From Octopus bimaculoides (Eukaryota), in assembly GCF_001194135.2 (NCBI RefSeq), contig NC_068989.1, positions 82,271,737 through 82,328,401 of the forward strand: a DNA stretch of 56,665 nucleotides. Direction: 5' to 3'. The notes below the pieces were generated by a model that was given only the letters and a program-made list of their open reading frames with translations, was not told the origin of the DNA and searched no databases. Of the stretch, positions 35,998-48,825 are shown one piece after another; within the stretch, counting starts at the first letter, position 1, and every line of letters begins with the position of its first letter. A program made the translations under genes and the position numbers.

Positions 35998-36030
35998 ATA
36001 TCTCTCTCTCTCCCTCTATCTATCTATGTG
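35626..36030. repeat. (TCTA)n/(TCTG)n/(TC)n compound microsatellite
   Basis: Directly visible. Confidence 0.95.
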
Positions 36031-36948
36031 CTCGTATGTATATTTACTGTGGATATATAAACCAGGTTGTACTTATTCTGTTTTTTCTCCACTCTCTTTG
36101 CTTCTTCTGGTGACCAAACCTTATCTTTGAGCACANNNNNNNNNNNNNNNNNNNNNNNNNNNNNNNNNNNNNNNNNNNNNNNNNNNNNNNNNNNNNNNNN
36201 NNNNNNNNNNNNNNNNNNNNNNNNNNNNNNNNNNNNNNNNNNNNNNNNNNNNNNNNNNNNNNNNNNNNNNNNNNNNNNNNNNNNNNNNNNNNNNNNNNNN
36301 NNNNNNNNNNNNNNNNNNNNNNNNNNNNNNNNNNNNNNNNNNNNNNNNNNNNNNNNNNNNNNNNNNNNNNNNNNNNNNNNNNNNNNNNNNNNNNNNNNNN
36401 NNNNNNNNNNNNNNNNNNNNNNNNNNNNNNNNNNNNNNNNNNNNNNNNNNNNNNNNNNNNNNNNNNNNNNNNNNNNNNNNNNNNNNNNNNNNNNNNNNNN
36501 NNNNNNNNNNNNNNNNNNNNNNNNNNNNNNNNNNNNNNNNNNNNNNNNNNNNNNNNNNNNNNNNNNNNNNNNNNNNNNNNNNNNNNNNNNNNNNNNNNNN
36601 NNNNNNNNNNNNNNNNNNNNNNNNNNNNNNNNNNNNNNNNNNNNNNNNNNNNNNNNNNNNNNNNNNNNNNNNNNNNNNNNNNNNNNNNNNNNNNNNNNNN
36701 NNNNNNNNNNNNNNNNNNNNNNNNNNNNNNNNNNNNNNNNNNNNNNNNNNNNNNNNNNNNNNNNNNNNNNNNNNNNNNNNNNNNNNNNNNNNNNNNNNNN
36801 NNNNNNNNNNNNNNNNNNNNNNNNNNNNNNNNNNNNNNNNNNNNNNNNNNNNNNNNNNNNNNNNNNNNNNNNNNNNNNNNNNNNNNNNNNNNNNNNNNNN
36901 NNNNNNNNNNNNNNNNNNNNNNNNNNNNNNNNNNNNNNNNNNNNNNNN

Positions 36949-37192
<244 letters not shown>

Positions 37193-37558
37193 AGACAGAA
37201 TTCTGTGTGAAGAAGCGAAGTTCTATCAGAGAGTTTTGGCAGTGGATTCCCGGATTCTCCATTCGGCAGGAGAGGCACTCTGCCAGAAACGTGTTCCGTG
37301 GTGTCGCCACCCTGTCTTACTATATTGCTCTACCCCCGCCTACCCACCCCCGTACACGGCACCTTCCTAAGGGATCATTTATCGCACAGAAAAAGTTCCT
37401 TTGTTCTCCGTATATCAAACATTTTTATCACAGACCAATTCTCCGTCCAGTGAGACCATTCCCACCTCGTTTGCTTTGCAGTTAGCTTTTTCTTCTTCTT
37501 CACTTCCCAGCACACACACACACGTATACATGAGCATGTGTACGTACGTATGTATGCA

Positions 37559-37590
<32 letters not shown>

Positions 37591-37591
<1 letters not shown>

Positions 37592-38032
37592 TCTTTTATT
37601 CTTTTACTTGTTTCAGTCATTTGACTGCGGCCATGCTGGAACACCGCCTTCAGTCGAACGAATCGACCCCGGGACTTATTCTTTGTAAACCAAATACTTA
37701 TTCTATCGGTCTCTTTTGCCGAACCGCTAAGTTACGGGGACGTAAACACACTAACATCGGTTGTCAATCGGTTGTCAATCGATGTTGGGGGACACACGCA
37801 CGCACACACACACACACACACACACAAACACGTGCGCGCACAAATAAACATACACACACACACAAATAAACATGCACACACAAATAAACATACACACACA
37901 CAAATAAACAAACATACACACACACAAATAAACATACACACACACACACGCGTGCGACGGGCTTCTTTCAGTTTCCGTCTACCAAATCCACTCACAAGGT
38001 TCTGGCCGGCCCGAGGCTATAGTAGAAGACAC
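37591..38032 (-). mobile_element. SINE family A, head truncated at the foldback element
   Basis: Similarity stops at AGTAGAAGACAC, where the palindrome begins. Confidence 0.88.
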
Positions 38033-38037
38033 ATACC

Positions 38038-38687
38038 CATCTGTGACCTCTTCAGTGACACTTTTCGTTTTCGTGTGTGTTCTTGCTCCACTTACTCCAT
38101 TCTGTTCTAAAAAATGTATCCTTATGTGCGCATGCGCTTGTGCCCTTGTGTGTGTGTGTGTATGTGTGTGTGTGTGTGTGTGTGTGCGTGTGTATGTTTG
38201 TGTGTGCGTCATAGTTTTTAGCANNNNNNNNNNTGTGTGTGTGTGTGTGCGTGTGTATGTTTGTGTGTGCGTCATAGTTTTTAGCAGCGGTGTGGCTTTC
38301 CCCTCAGCCCCATCCTCTCACCCACTGTGTTGCTGCTGTCCTAAGACCCCCCCCCCCCAAAAAAAATCTATGGCACAGTTTCTGTATTCCCCTGTGGCGA
38401 CCACACGTACACAGAGGAATACAGGAACTGTACCATAGTTTATTTTTGGTGGGGGTCTTAGGACAGCTGCAGCACATGGGATGAGAGGATGGGACTGAGG
38501 GGAAGGCCACACAGCTGCTAAAAACTATGACACACACACAAGCATAGATACACACACACACACACACAGACAAAGGACACGAGCGCATGCGCACATAAGG
38601 ATACACATCTTAGAAGAACAGAATGGAATAAGTGGAGCAAGAACACACACACGAAAACGAAAAGTGTCGCTGAAGAGGTCACAGATG
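38038..38687. repeat. Long imperfect palindrome / foldback element
   Basis: 38038-38396 is the reverse complement of 38410-38687 (allowing for microsatellite length change and a gap duplication); 13-nt loop GCGACCACACGTA. Confidence 0.9.
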
Positions 38688-39129
38688 TGTGACGAAATAT
38701 TTCTGGACAATGGACATGAGTTAAAATAATAAAATAAGAACAGTAATAAACGAGTGAAAAAGAAATGTAACTGTTAAAATCGAACTGCACCCTTCAAAAC
38801 TTGCACTGAGAATAAGTCCAAGGTAAAGTTACTACATGCTTTTATAGCAAGTTGATGCAGGTAGTTTATCCCANNNNNNNNNNNNNNNNNNNNNNNNNNN
38901 NNNNNNNNNNNNNNNNNNNNNNNNNNNNNNNNNNNNNNNNNNNNNNNNNNNNNNNNNNNNNNNNNNNNNNNNNNNNNNNNNNNNNNNNNNNNNNNNNNNN
39001 NNNNNNNNNNTATATATGATGTAAAATTTAACGACAGTTATTTTAATGAGAGAATTGTGTATCCATTCAAACGACAGGAGAAATCATTAATAAAATTTTT
39101 ACTTAAAGACTTTGCCTTTTTTTATAAAC

Positions 39130-40560
39130 ATAAAAATATTACTACTTAAGATTAATTCCACTAACTCCGCCGACTTATCTCTACTCACAACAAAACGTGT
39201 CATCATCGCTGTATAATCTTCTGATGACGAAAGGTGAAATTCTTTGGCCAGGAATGTAAAATATATAGGCCCATGATGTGGACATTTGTGGAATCCGTAG
39301 CTATTATTCTCACATCGAAGGGATCAGTGTTTTGTTATTCTTGTTATCCATGTGGTGTTACCATAGAAAGGAAGGACATGCTCTCTGGTTGCAATAAATC
39401 AAAATCATTAGATTTGATTGTAATATTGGTTCTGGAGAAGTTGGAAGCCGCTGTACCAAAGACGTTTGGTCATAGAAAGAGAAATAGATTCGGATATCGA
39501 AGAGGGAGAATTAGCAATAAAGTTTAAGGGGCTGGAGTAGAACCGATTAACGACAGTGTTAGAATTATTCCAGAGAAGGAACTTTAATCTTCGAAATAAT
39601 AGCGTATCAAATATATTTGCTGACGATGCCAAGGTCAGATTTCAAGGAGGTGGGATTTAGTTGATAATCTTTCTGGATGGGTGGCTGGTAATTTGCGGGT
39701 TGTCTAAGTATGAAATAAGATTTATGGACTGGAAGAATATCTCTTCTCTCTTTTGTGTCGAATAGCAATGTTTTTCGTCGATGTTTTAAATGTCATTTAA
39801 AGTTACAGGTTATGTTTTTAAGTAGGGACTAGATGCAAACAGAGGAGGCGCAATGGCCCAGTGGTTAGGGCAGCGGACTCGCGGTTTCGATTCCCAGACC
39901 GGGCGTTGTGAGTGTTTATTGAGCAAAAACACCTAAAGCTCCACGAGGCTCCGGCAGGGGATGGTGGCGAACCCTGCTGTACTCTTTCGCCACAACTTTA
40001 TCTCACTCTTACTTCCTGTTTCTGTTGTGCCTGTATTTCAAAGGGCCAGCCTTGTCACACTGTGTCACGCTGAATATCCCCGAGAACTACGTTAATGGTA
40101 CACGTGTCTGTGGAGTGCTCAGCCACTTGCACGTTAATTTCACGAGCAGGCTGTTCCGTTGATCGGATCAACTGGAACCCTCGACGTCGTAAGCGACGGA
40201 GTTCCAACAACAACAAGATGCAAACAAAGTTGGACAGGAATCGATGGTAAGGTCTTGTATCAAATTCATAAAGGCTTTTTAATTTTTGTTCGAGTCTATG
40301 AAAATATTTTAGTCTTCTTGATCCATTTATTGTATTTTTTTTGTTCCCCGAGATTGTTTAAAAAATTATTTGTATGCTAAGTCGATTTTAACGTTCTTAA
40401 TCATCAAGAATAAGTCGTGTTCAAAAGAAGCAAGATATTAATCGATTTACGAGATTTCACTTGGCATTGATCTTGGTTAAGTTTTCGATAGAATTCTTCT
40501 CGTGAAAATATTTTCCCCATTTTATGCTTTTGATGAAATTTTCTTCTTTTCTTCCTTTCT
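39130..40560 (-). pseudogene. Degenerate Penelope-like element reverse transcriptase, split by SINE E1
   Basis: Frameshifted motifs in order: FEHDLFLMIKNVK, LLKNITCNFK, SYFIL, KSDLGIVSKYI, LWNNSNTVVNRF, FSLFDI, FYGNTTWI, DPFDVRIIATDS..IMGLYIL. Confidence 0.75.
39842..40215 (+). mobile_element. SINE family E1, full length with 11-bp TSD
   Basis: A box TGGCCCAGTGG, B box TTTCGATTCCC, (CAA)n tail; AGATGCAAACA at 39831-39841 and 40216-40226. Confidence 0.93.
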
Positions 40561-40737
40561 TTTTACTTGAAGCAGACGTTTTTTTAGGTATATCTTTATG
40601 GTGAGATAGGGATAATCTTCATGGAAAAAATGGCACTTGTGGTTATATTGTCTATCTAAATTCTGGATTACCACCCCAGATTATGTTACATCATTGGACT
40701 ATCTCAGAGTACGTCGATCCTTCACACTTAATTACAA

Positions 40738-40797
<60 letters not shown>

Positions 40798-40832
40798 GTG
40801 TGTGTCCTTGCATGTGTGTACGTGTGTGTAGT

Positions 40833-41110
40833 GGAGGCACATGGCCTGGTGGTTAGAGCAGACCGGGAGATGTGTGTGTTTATGAGCGGAACACCTAAGC
40901 TCCACGCGGCTCCGGCAGAAGGTAACAGCAAACTTCTGCTGACTCTTTCACCACAACTCTCTCTCACTCTTTTCTCATTCATCTGACAGCTCACCTGCGA
41001 CGGACCGGCGTCCCGTCCAGGTAGGGAACCTATACGCCAATGAAACCGGGAAACCGGACCTTATGAGCCAGGCATGGCTCAAGAAGGAACACGCAACAAC
41101 AACAACAACA
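40833..41110 (+). mobile_element. SINE family E3 (E1-type head + V-domain-like body, (CAA)n tail)
   Basis: First about 140 bp resemble E1 with the B box deleted; then CCTGCGACGGACCGGCGTCCCGTCCAGG...GAAACCGG...GGCTCAAGAAGG. Confidence 0.8.
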
Positions 41111-41464
41111 ACATACACACATACACACACATATGTGGTTAATGAGAGACGGAAGACGGAAGATACGAGAATTTTATTAAGCACTACAATTGTTTCAACC
41201 CATCGATCCCTTACAGGTGGGATACTTAATAATTTGTTCAGTAGCATCCGACAGTAAAGATGTTATCTCTTCGGGTGATAAATAGACACAACTCGTTAAA
41301 ATAACAGTATCTTCTCAGTTCGTGTGAAGAAAATCAAAAGATATAGCTTCATTTATACAGAAGATCACTAATAAAATAATAGATGGAAAAAAGAAACGAA
41401 TACGCAATACAGCGAAAAAAAGTATTAAATATAACCGTTAACGGATATAGATGTTTAAGTTTTT

Positions 41465-41610
41465 TTTTACTCTCTCCGTGTTTATTTTCTGTTATTCCTT
41501 TCTGTTGAAGAGCGTTGGCTCGAAACGTGAGAAACTTCCTCATTTTGTTGTTCATACACTTGTCTTTGTCTTTTGTTTTTCTGTAAATTTCAACTATATA
41601 TATATATATA
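41465..41610 (+). mobile_element. Penelope-like pseudo-LTR fragment, family G, with decayed hammerhead-like motif
   Basis: CCTTT-CTGTTGA-A-GAGC-GTTG-GCTC-GAAAC-GTG at 41497-41529; ends in (TA)n. Confidence 0.65.
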
Positions 41611-41953
41611 TATTATCGCATAGCCAAAAGGCTTTCGATGTATACGAGTGTCTCTGTGTCGTTTGCTATATATTTATTTTTTTTGTTACTCTCCTCGCAT
41701 ATTTGTTTCTTTTGTTTTAAATATATATTTCCCGTTTTCCTCATAACTCGTTTTATTTTCTGTAGCTGGTGTCCGCTTATTTGTATTGTAACAGCTTATG
41801 TCCCTGACACCGTCAAATTTAACAATATTTTTTATTGGAAGGTGCCGAAAACGTAATGATTTGGGGCTGATAACTGATGAACATATCTACGTCCATTGTA
41901 TGTGCTTTTTTCTTATTTTCATGTTATTTGTGGCCAATCCCGTGTGACATATG

Positions 41954-41989
<36 letters not shown>

Positions 41990-42329
41990 TATATAGATAT
42001 GCAGGGCAGGGAATCGTCAATTAGTAATAAAATTAATAATTAACAATTTTGCCGGGTAGCTCAGTATGAAAAAACCTTTTCGGTAAAAAACATTTATAAT
42101 CATAAATATATAGGGATTGACAGTAACCTGCTTCTCCAACATACTGAGAATTCAGAAATAGCAGTCAAAAAACTACTGATTTCAAAACTACAAATTATTA
42201 CTCCAGATTGATAGCGATATTTTTGATACACACAGAACTGGCACGCATATACGCACACACATTTTCTTGAGCGCTTTGCTAAATTATCATTCTAGTTATA
42301 ACTGCGAAATATTCTTATTAATACTATAT

Positions 42330-42497
42330 CAGTGTGTGTGTAGGTGTGTGTATGTGTGTGTGTCTGTGCGCGCGCGTATATGTATGTATTATGGATATAT
42401 ATATATATATATATACACATACACACACACACTCATATATATATACATACGTACATACATCCATCCATACGTACATTCATCCATGTATCCATCTATA

Positions 42498-42529
<32 letters not shown>

Positions 42530-42607
42530 TATATATACACATACATATATATGTATATATATATATGCATGCGCATACATACACATATACATACATATAT
42601 ATATGTG

Positions 42608-42638
<31 letters not shown>

Positions 42639-43080
42639 GTGTGTATGTATATAACATGCATATATACATACATGCATGCATACAAAGTATGCACACACAT
42701 ACACACACATACACATGCACACACATACACGTACGTGTATGATTCGTTGATTCGTATAGGCAGATTGGTATGTGTATATAAGTATGTATATATTATCTGT
42801 CTACATCCACGTGAAGGCATCGTCTGTGAGAGTCGGGGTGGAGGTGGGGGTTCCTCCGCCCCAGTCACCGTGTATTAGGCAGGGTTTTTACATGGTGTGG
42901 GTGGCGCGGGTTGGTTAGTGTTATGAAGAGAAGAAGAAGAAAGCTAATCCTGACTGATCAATTTACACGCTTCTCGTCAGTCGGGGATTAAACTGAACAA
43001 CCCAGATGATCTGTTTCATTTCACAGCATTCCATCAATTGCTCTGCCTCCCTCCCTAGGAACCCACGCTCCTTATCAAAC

Positions 43081-43132
<52 letters not shown>

Positions 43133-43483
43133 NNNNNNNNNNNNNNNNNNNNNNNNNNNNNNNNNNNNNNNNNNNNNNNNNNNNNNNNNNNNNNNNNNNN
43201 NNNNNCTCTCTCTCCCTCTCTCTCTTCTCTCTCTCTCTCGCGCTCCTCTACATTACTCACCATTGTGTTCACCCTTCTACCTCGTTTTATTTGTCTCTCT
43301 CTGTGTCTGTTTGTCTAACTTCTCTTGTCTGTGTGTCGCCTAAACCATGATTCTTTTGTCTGGGAAAACGGCCTCTTACCCTCTCTAAAACTTGGGGTTT
43401 TCTTATGTATATGCTTACTTACAGATACACATATACGCTTCACTACAGCCCCACATATATATATACAAGTATATATATGCATG

Positions 43484-43515
<32 letters not shown>

Positions 43516-43562
43516 CATACATACACACATACATACATACAAGCATATATACATGTACATAT

Positions 43563-43593
<31 letters not shown>

Positions 43594-43983
43594 CAAGCAT
43601 ATATGCATGTACATACATACACATACACAAGCATGTATACATATGTGAACATACCTCTACACACACATAAACGTCCACACATCTACACATGGATATCAGC
43701 TATACACATGCACGTAAACACACACATAGTATACACATACACACCACGCACCACACACACACACACACACACACACACGTGTATGTATATATACATATAT
43801 ATATGTATATATATATATACAAAAATAAGAGGAGTGACCTGCAAAAGTGGACTCCTATATGCTAGAAATAGATGCTCTCATTAATAAATTTTATATATAT
43901 ATACACACATGTACATACACACATATATATATATATATATACATTCATTCATACTCATCTATCTATCTATCTATCTATCTAAG

Positions 43984-44019
<36 letters not shown>

Positions 44020-44536
44020 TACAGAGGTCTGTCACCCTGTATATCAGAACCCTTATTTCAAAATCACCGAAAAGTGACTATTTATGGATAACTACGTTTG
44101 AAAACCCATAGCTCACTCACCCTGAATATAGATCTACGTTTCTACCTACAATCACTAAATACTGTAAAACATGTCTATACAGACTGCGTAATACAATCTG
44201 TAAGCAGAAAAGTAAAAGTATGCAAAACTTTTCGAAAGTTCAAAATATAACTTATTACCGTCGTTGTTGTTCCATAAATTCCAGCGACGGAGGTTTGTTT
44301 CTCTTTTTAGATAACCTTATTTCTAGGAAGAATTCAAAGAATTAAGAATGTTAATATACTTCCATACATACATACATACATACATACATACATACATACA
44401 TACATACATACATACATACATACATACATACACGTAAACACACGCATGTATAATTGTATATAGATACATATATATTTGATATATACATAGACACATCATA
44501 AGTTTATACATATTGAACATAATACGCACGTACTTA

Positions 44537-44601
<65 letters not shown>

Positions 44602-44775
44602 NNNNNNNNNNNNNNNNNNNNNNNNNNNNNNNNNNNNNNNNNNNNNNNNNNNNNNNNNNNNNNNNNNNNNNNNNNNNNNNNNNNNNNNNNNNNNNNNNNN
44701 NNNNNNNNNNNNNNNNNNNNNNNNNNNNNNNNNNNNNNNNNNNNNNNNNNNNNNNNNNNNNNNNNNNNNNNNNNN

Positions 44776-44820
<45 letters not shown>

Positions 44821-44835
44821 ATACACACACATACA
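42330..44835. repeat. Dense compound microsatellite field (TA, CA, TACA, TC, TCTA)
   Basis: Directly visible; two gaps lie inside it. Confidence 0.9.
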
Positions 44836-44845
44836 TATATATGCA

Positions 44846-45500
44846 TTAGGTTGTCAAGTATGAAATTTGTTGTAAGGTATATGGTAAACTTTGACAGCTG
44901 CTCATTTTGCACCATTATTATATTTTGACAATCTTTATTTTTTTGTTAGAAAGCTGATACATCTATTTCTTTATTCTAACACTTTTCCGCTTTATAAAGT
45001 ATTTATAAATCGGTTTTTGCTATTTTTGCTTAGAGATGGATAAATCGGTAAAGTGAAAAAGTTGGATGTGTTCCACGTGAACTCAATGAAAATCAGAAAC
45101 AGCAACGTTTGGAAGTAGCATTGTGATACTTTCTCGTCACAAAAATGAATAATTTTTGAATCGAATTGTAACATTTGATAAGAAATGGATCCAATACAAC
45201 AACCGTAAACGTTCAGCACAATGGTTGAACAAAGACGAGCCACCAAAACAGTCCATAAAGCAAAATTCATCAAAAGAAGCTGAATGGTGTGTGTTTGGTG
45301 ATCTGGCGCTGAGATGGTAAGATTCTTGCTGCAGTATAAAAATTAAAGCCTTCTCAGCAGACGTCACCAAAACAATGTCACGAAATGGAATACAGCAACT
45401 CCACAAACGTGTGGAGTTGGAGAAGAAACGGTTAACGATATTTCATTAGTCGTCCAGTTTTAGTCAAGAAAAAAATAGAATATATCCACAAGCATAGCAG
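44846..45500 (+). pseudogene. Internally deleted mariner element
   Basis: TIR-like ATTAGGTTGTCAAG start; fragments GKVKKLD, PRELNENQKQQRLEVA and LNRIVTFDKKWIQYNNRKRSAQWLNKDEPPK. Confidence 0.75.
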
Positions 45501-45924
45501 GCTTTGACATACTGCTACTAGGCGGACACTACAGTATTGGTATTCACCTGGAAAGTTTTGAGAAAAAGACAAAACGATGTTAGTCTAGGATGCGCTAATG
45601 TACAACAAGAAAACTGCATCAAAGCTGTGCGATTGCGGTGTCAGGCGTAGCATACAGACCACCATATAACTTGTTTTATCTTTTTTACCGCTTTATTTTG
45701 ACATGCGCATTGCGTTTTAATTCGTCTCTTCCATTTTCAGAACTCAGGATGCACATGCGCATTGCGTGTTCATACCTCTCTTTCTGGTTCCTACTCAAAA
45801 CTGATTATAGATCACAAGTATCTCAAGAACGTGCGTTCGTGAGGAGAGCTCCGCGCTCCGATGGTTGTGAAAAAATAGCGGAATTAAAATTAATTGGTTG
45901 GTTATTATTGCCAACTACCACAAG

Positions 45925-46090
45925 GAAAGGAAGTGCCTCGTAATGGAAGTATCAGTCCCAATAGATGATAAAATTACTTTCAAAGAAACAGTGAAATTAT
46001 TTAAGATAATATAAAGATCTTGAAATAGAGACAACCTCGATGTAGGGACTGAAAACAAATAATCCCTATAATAACAAGTGCCTGTGAATA
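45925..46090 (+). pseudogene. R4/Dong-like LINE restriction-like endonuclease fragment
   Basis: RKCLVMEVSVPIDDKITFKETVKLFK / YKDLEIETTSM*GLKT / IIPII. Confidence 0.65.
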
Positions 46091-46119
46091 ATTAAATCTT
46101 AAAATTTCTTCAAATTCTT

Positions 46120-46300
46120 GCACAGGGCCAGTTGTTTTTGAGGGGAATGGAAATCGGTTATATCAACTGGTACTTACTTTATCGATCCGGAGGAGATGAA
46201 AGGCAAAGTCAACCTCGGCGGAATTTAAACGCAGAACGTAATGACGAGCGAAACGCTGCTAAGTATTTCGTCCTGCGTGCTAACGATCCCGCTGGTTCCC

Positions 46301-46345
<45 letters not shown>

Positions 46346-46556
46346 CCTTCTTATTTAAGGCACAAGGCCTGAAATTTTTGGGGATGGAACTAGTCGATTA
46401 CATCGACCCCAGTGTTTTACTGGTACTTAATTTATCGACTCCGAAAGAATGAAAAGCGAAGTCGACCTCGGCGGATTTTGAACTCAGAACATAAAGATGG
46501 ACGAAATGCCGCTAAGCATTTTTCCCGGCGTGCTAACGAATCCGCCGGCTCACTAT
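46120..46556 (-). mobile_element. Two tandem SINE family B copies joined by an (AAT)n tail
   Basis: Copies at about 46120-46300 and 46345-46556; the repeat at 46303-46345 is the tail of the second. Confidence 0.82.
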
Positions 46557-46590
46557 AATAATGATGGTGATGATGATGATGATGATGATG

Positions 46591-46653
<63 letters not shown>

Positions 46654-46670
46654 GTAATGATAATGATAAT

Positions 46671-47147
46671 GTACATTGTTTTGTCTTGGTATAAAAGATG
46701 GGCTACAGCAAATATTCTGCTCATTACCACATATTTGCTTGTCTTGTTTGACCGTAACCATTTGAGCATGTCTCTTAGTGGCTGACGATATGTGCACCTC
46801 TGATCACGAGCAGAAGTAGTGGGGGAGAATCATAGCCATGTGTCGAGAGGAATTCTTTGGGGTTTGAATAATTCAACCCTGGAAACATGGGTGTTTCGTT
46901 CAACATTCTTAAACCACTCTTATTTAAGGACCATTTGAGCGGGATGGGGTACTAGAAAATTCTAACTGGGCCCCACCTGCAAGGTTATGCGTTGTTTATC
47001 TTGATATGAGATAACCATGTCGTGCACGTATGGTTGAGGTGCATGTACTTGGTGTACCCTTATTAGACGGGTAGTCATGATGGGTATACTGGGCTTCGTA
47101 AATTTTACCCCAGTATCACCTTGATGGCAAGCACTTCTCTCTGACTC

Positions 47148-47150
<3 letters not shown>
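46671..47150. mobile_element. Unclassified about 480-bp element embedded in (AAT/GAT)n
   Basis: Complex sequence with (AAT)n tracts directly on both sides (46555-46670 and 47150-47215); no TIR or tRNA head seen. Confidence 0.45.
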
Positions 47151-47194
<44 letters not shown>

Positions 47195-47849
47195 TAATAA
47201 TGATAATAATAAAATTAATGTAATCCCATATTTTAAAGCAAACTTACAAAACTTTTGTTTTCTTAAACATTCTCTAGAGCATTACTTTGTGCAAAACCAA
47301 ATATATGGCACTCTAGTCATAACACCAACTCGAACTTCTAACTTGTTGTCTCTTGAGATCTGTAAGTGAGATTTGGAGCCAATTTGTACAAATACAAAAC
47401 AAAAGTCAAATATATAATAATAATAATGAAAAAAAAGGAGGGGCGATGCATACCTTATGCGCAGATAAATTTTTTCGCAAATTATAGTGTGGCTTACAAT
47501 GTGTTACCCATGCTTTTTAATTGAGCTGAATTATTATTATTTTTTTAAGTATCACCATTATAGGTATCTATACTCCGGTGAAATTAAGAAAAAAAGTCGT
47601 AAATAAACGAAACCCTCAAATCCATCACTGTACATACACACACACACGCACACGCACGACACACGCACACACCCACCCACACACACGGTCGCATGCCTAT
47701 GTCTGTCTGTTTGTCTGTCTGTATGTATATATGTGTGTACCCACACGTGTCTACAGACGTAGATACACCATGATCTATCTATACACACGCAGACGAGGAT
47801 CGATTCGTATGAAAAAGGAAGTGAACAAAACAATATGACCACTTGCTTA

Positions 47850-48060
47850 TCGGGAAATTTGTAAGTTCGATTAAATTTTTCCTTTCAAAGATGATCAAAC
47901 TAAATACTCATCATTTCGTGCCACTCAACCAATGAATATTTCTGACAAATGTGGTGAAAATCCGTTCAGCCGTTTTCCAGTAATTTTGCAAACACAGACA
48001 AACAGACAAAGACGAGTGATTACAATATCCTGCTTTCGCTTACGCGCGCAAGATAATAAT
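47850..48060 (+). mobile_element. HINE/DINE-1-like 3' remnant
   Basis: GGTGAAAATCCGTTCAGCCGTTTT...ACAGACAAACAGAC...ATTACAATATCCTGCTTTCGCTTACGCGCGCAAGATAAT (decayed terminal hairpin). Confidence 0.55.
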
Positions 48061-48699
48061 AATCAGAAATACAGTGAAATTAGAGAAGGCGAAAGGTTGC
48101 ACATAGTTTTAGAATGTCATTCCAGACTGGTTAGAGAAATACGGCTTTTGTTCACCTTGTACATCGATAGGTCGTTGAATGTAAGGTAAGGTATGAGCAG
48201 AGTGAGAATTCCAGGCGGTGAAATTGAAGGGAAAATAATTGGGGGAAATATTTGGTGTGATTGCGAGATAATAGAAGGCTGATGAGAAGATATACAGAGA
48301 TACTCATCCTGTAGGATGGGCCTTTTCTTACAGACTCATTCTATGGGCCCATCTCTCATGATAAGTTAGAAGAAACGTTCTTTATGTTCATCTCGCTGTG
48401 ACCGTTGTCGTTGATTTTCAGTGGATATTTTAAGAAATCGCAGTAGTTCAAGCACGTAATATACCCTTGATGGTCAACAACCAAAGGGGAGACAATCCCT
48501 TCAAGATTAAATTAATTTTGTAAGTTTGAAATTAGAGTCAAGGAGTAAAGTATGTGCACAACATATTATAAAGAAGTTACACGTTATGCACTCTAGTCGT
48601 TGGTGGTTATGTATAACGTTGTTTCATCCTTCTTAGGAATCATTAGCACGGCATAACTCAAGGCAGACAACTCTTATAACGAAATAGTTGATACGTGTA

Positions 48700-48732
<33 letters not shown>

Positions 48733-48738
48733 GTATGT

Positions 48739-48776
<38 letters not shown>

Positions 48777-48825
48777 GTGTGACAGGAACGCTTATGTTCA
48801 TAACTAGTTATTATCATTTATCTTC

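Noticed and set aside
38180-38285. Direct repeat inside the palindrome arm
   Set aside because: Identical sequence flanking a 10-N gap; assembly artefact
39219-39243. CTGATGA...GAAA hammerhead-like motif
   Set aside because: No convincing stems, and it lies antisense within the PLE RT coding remnant; likely chance
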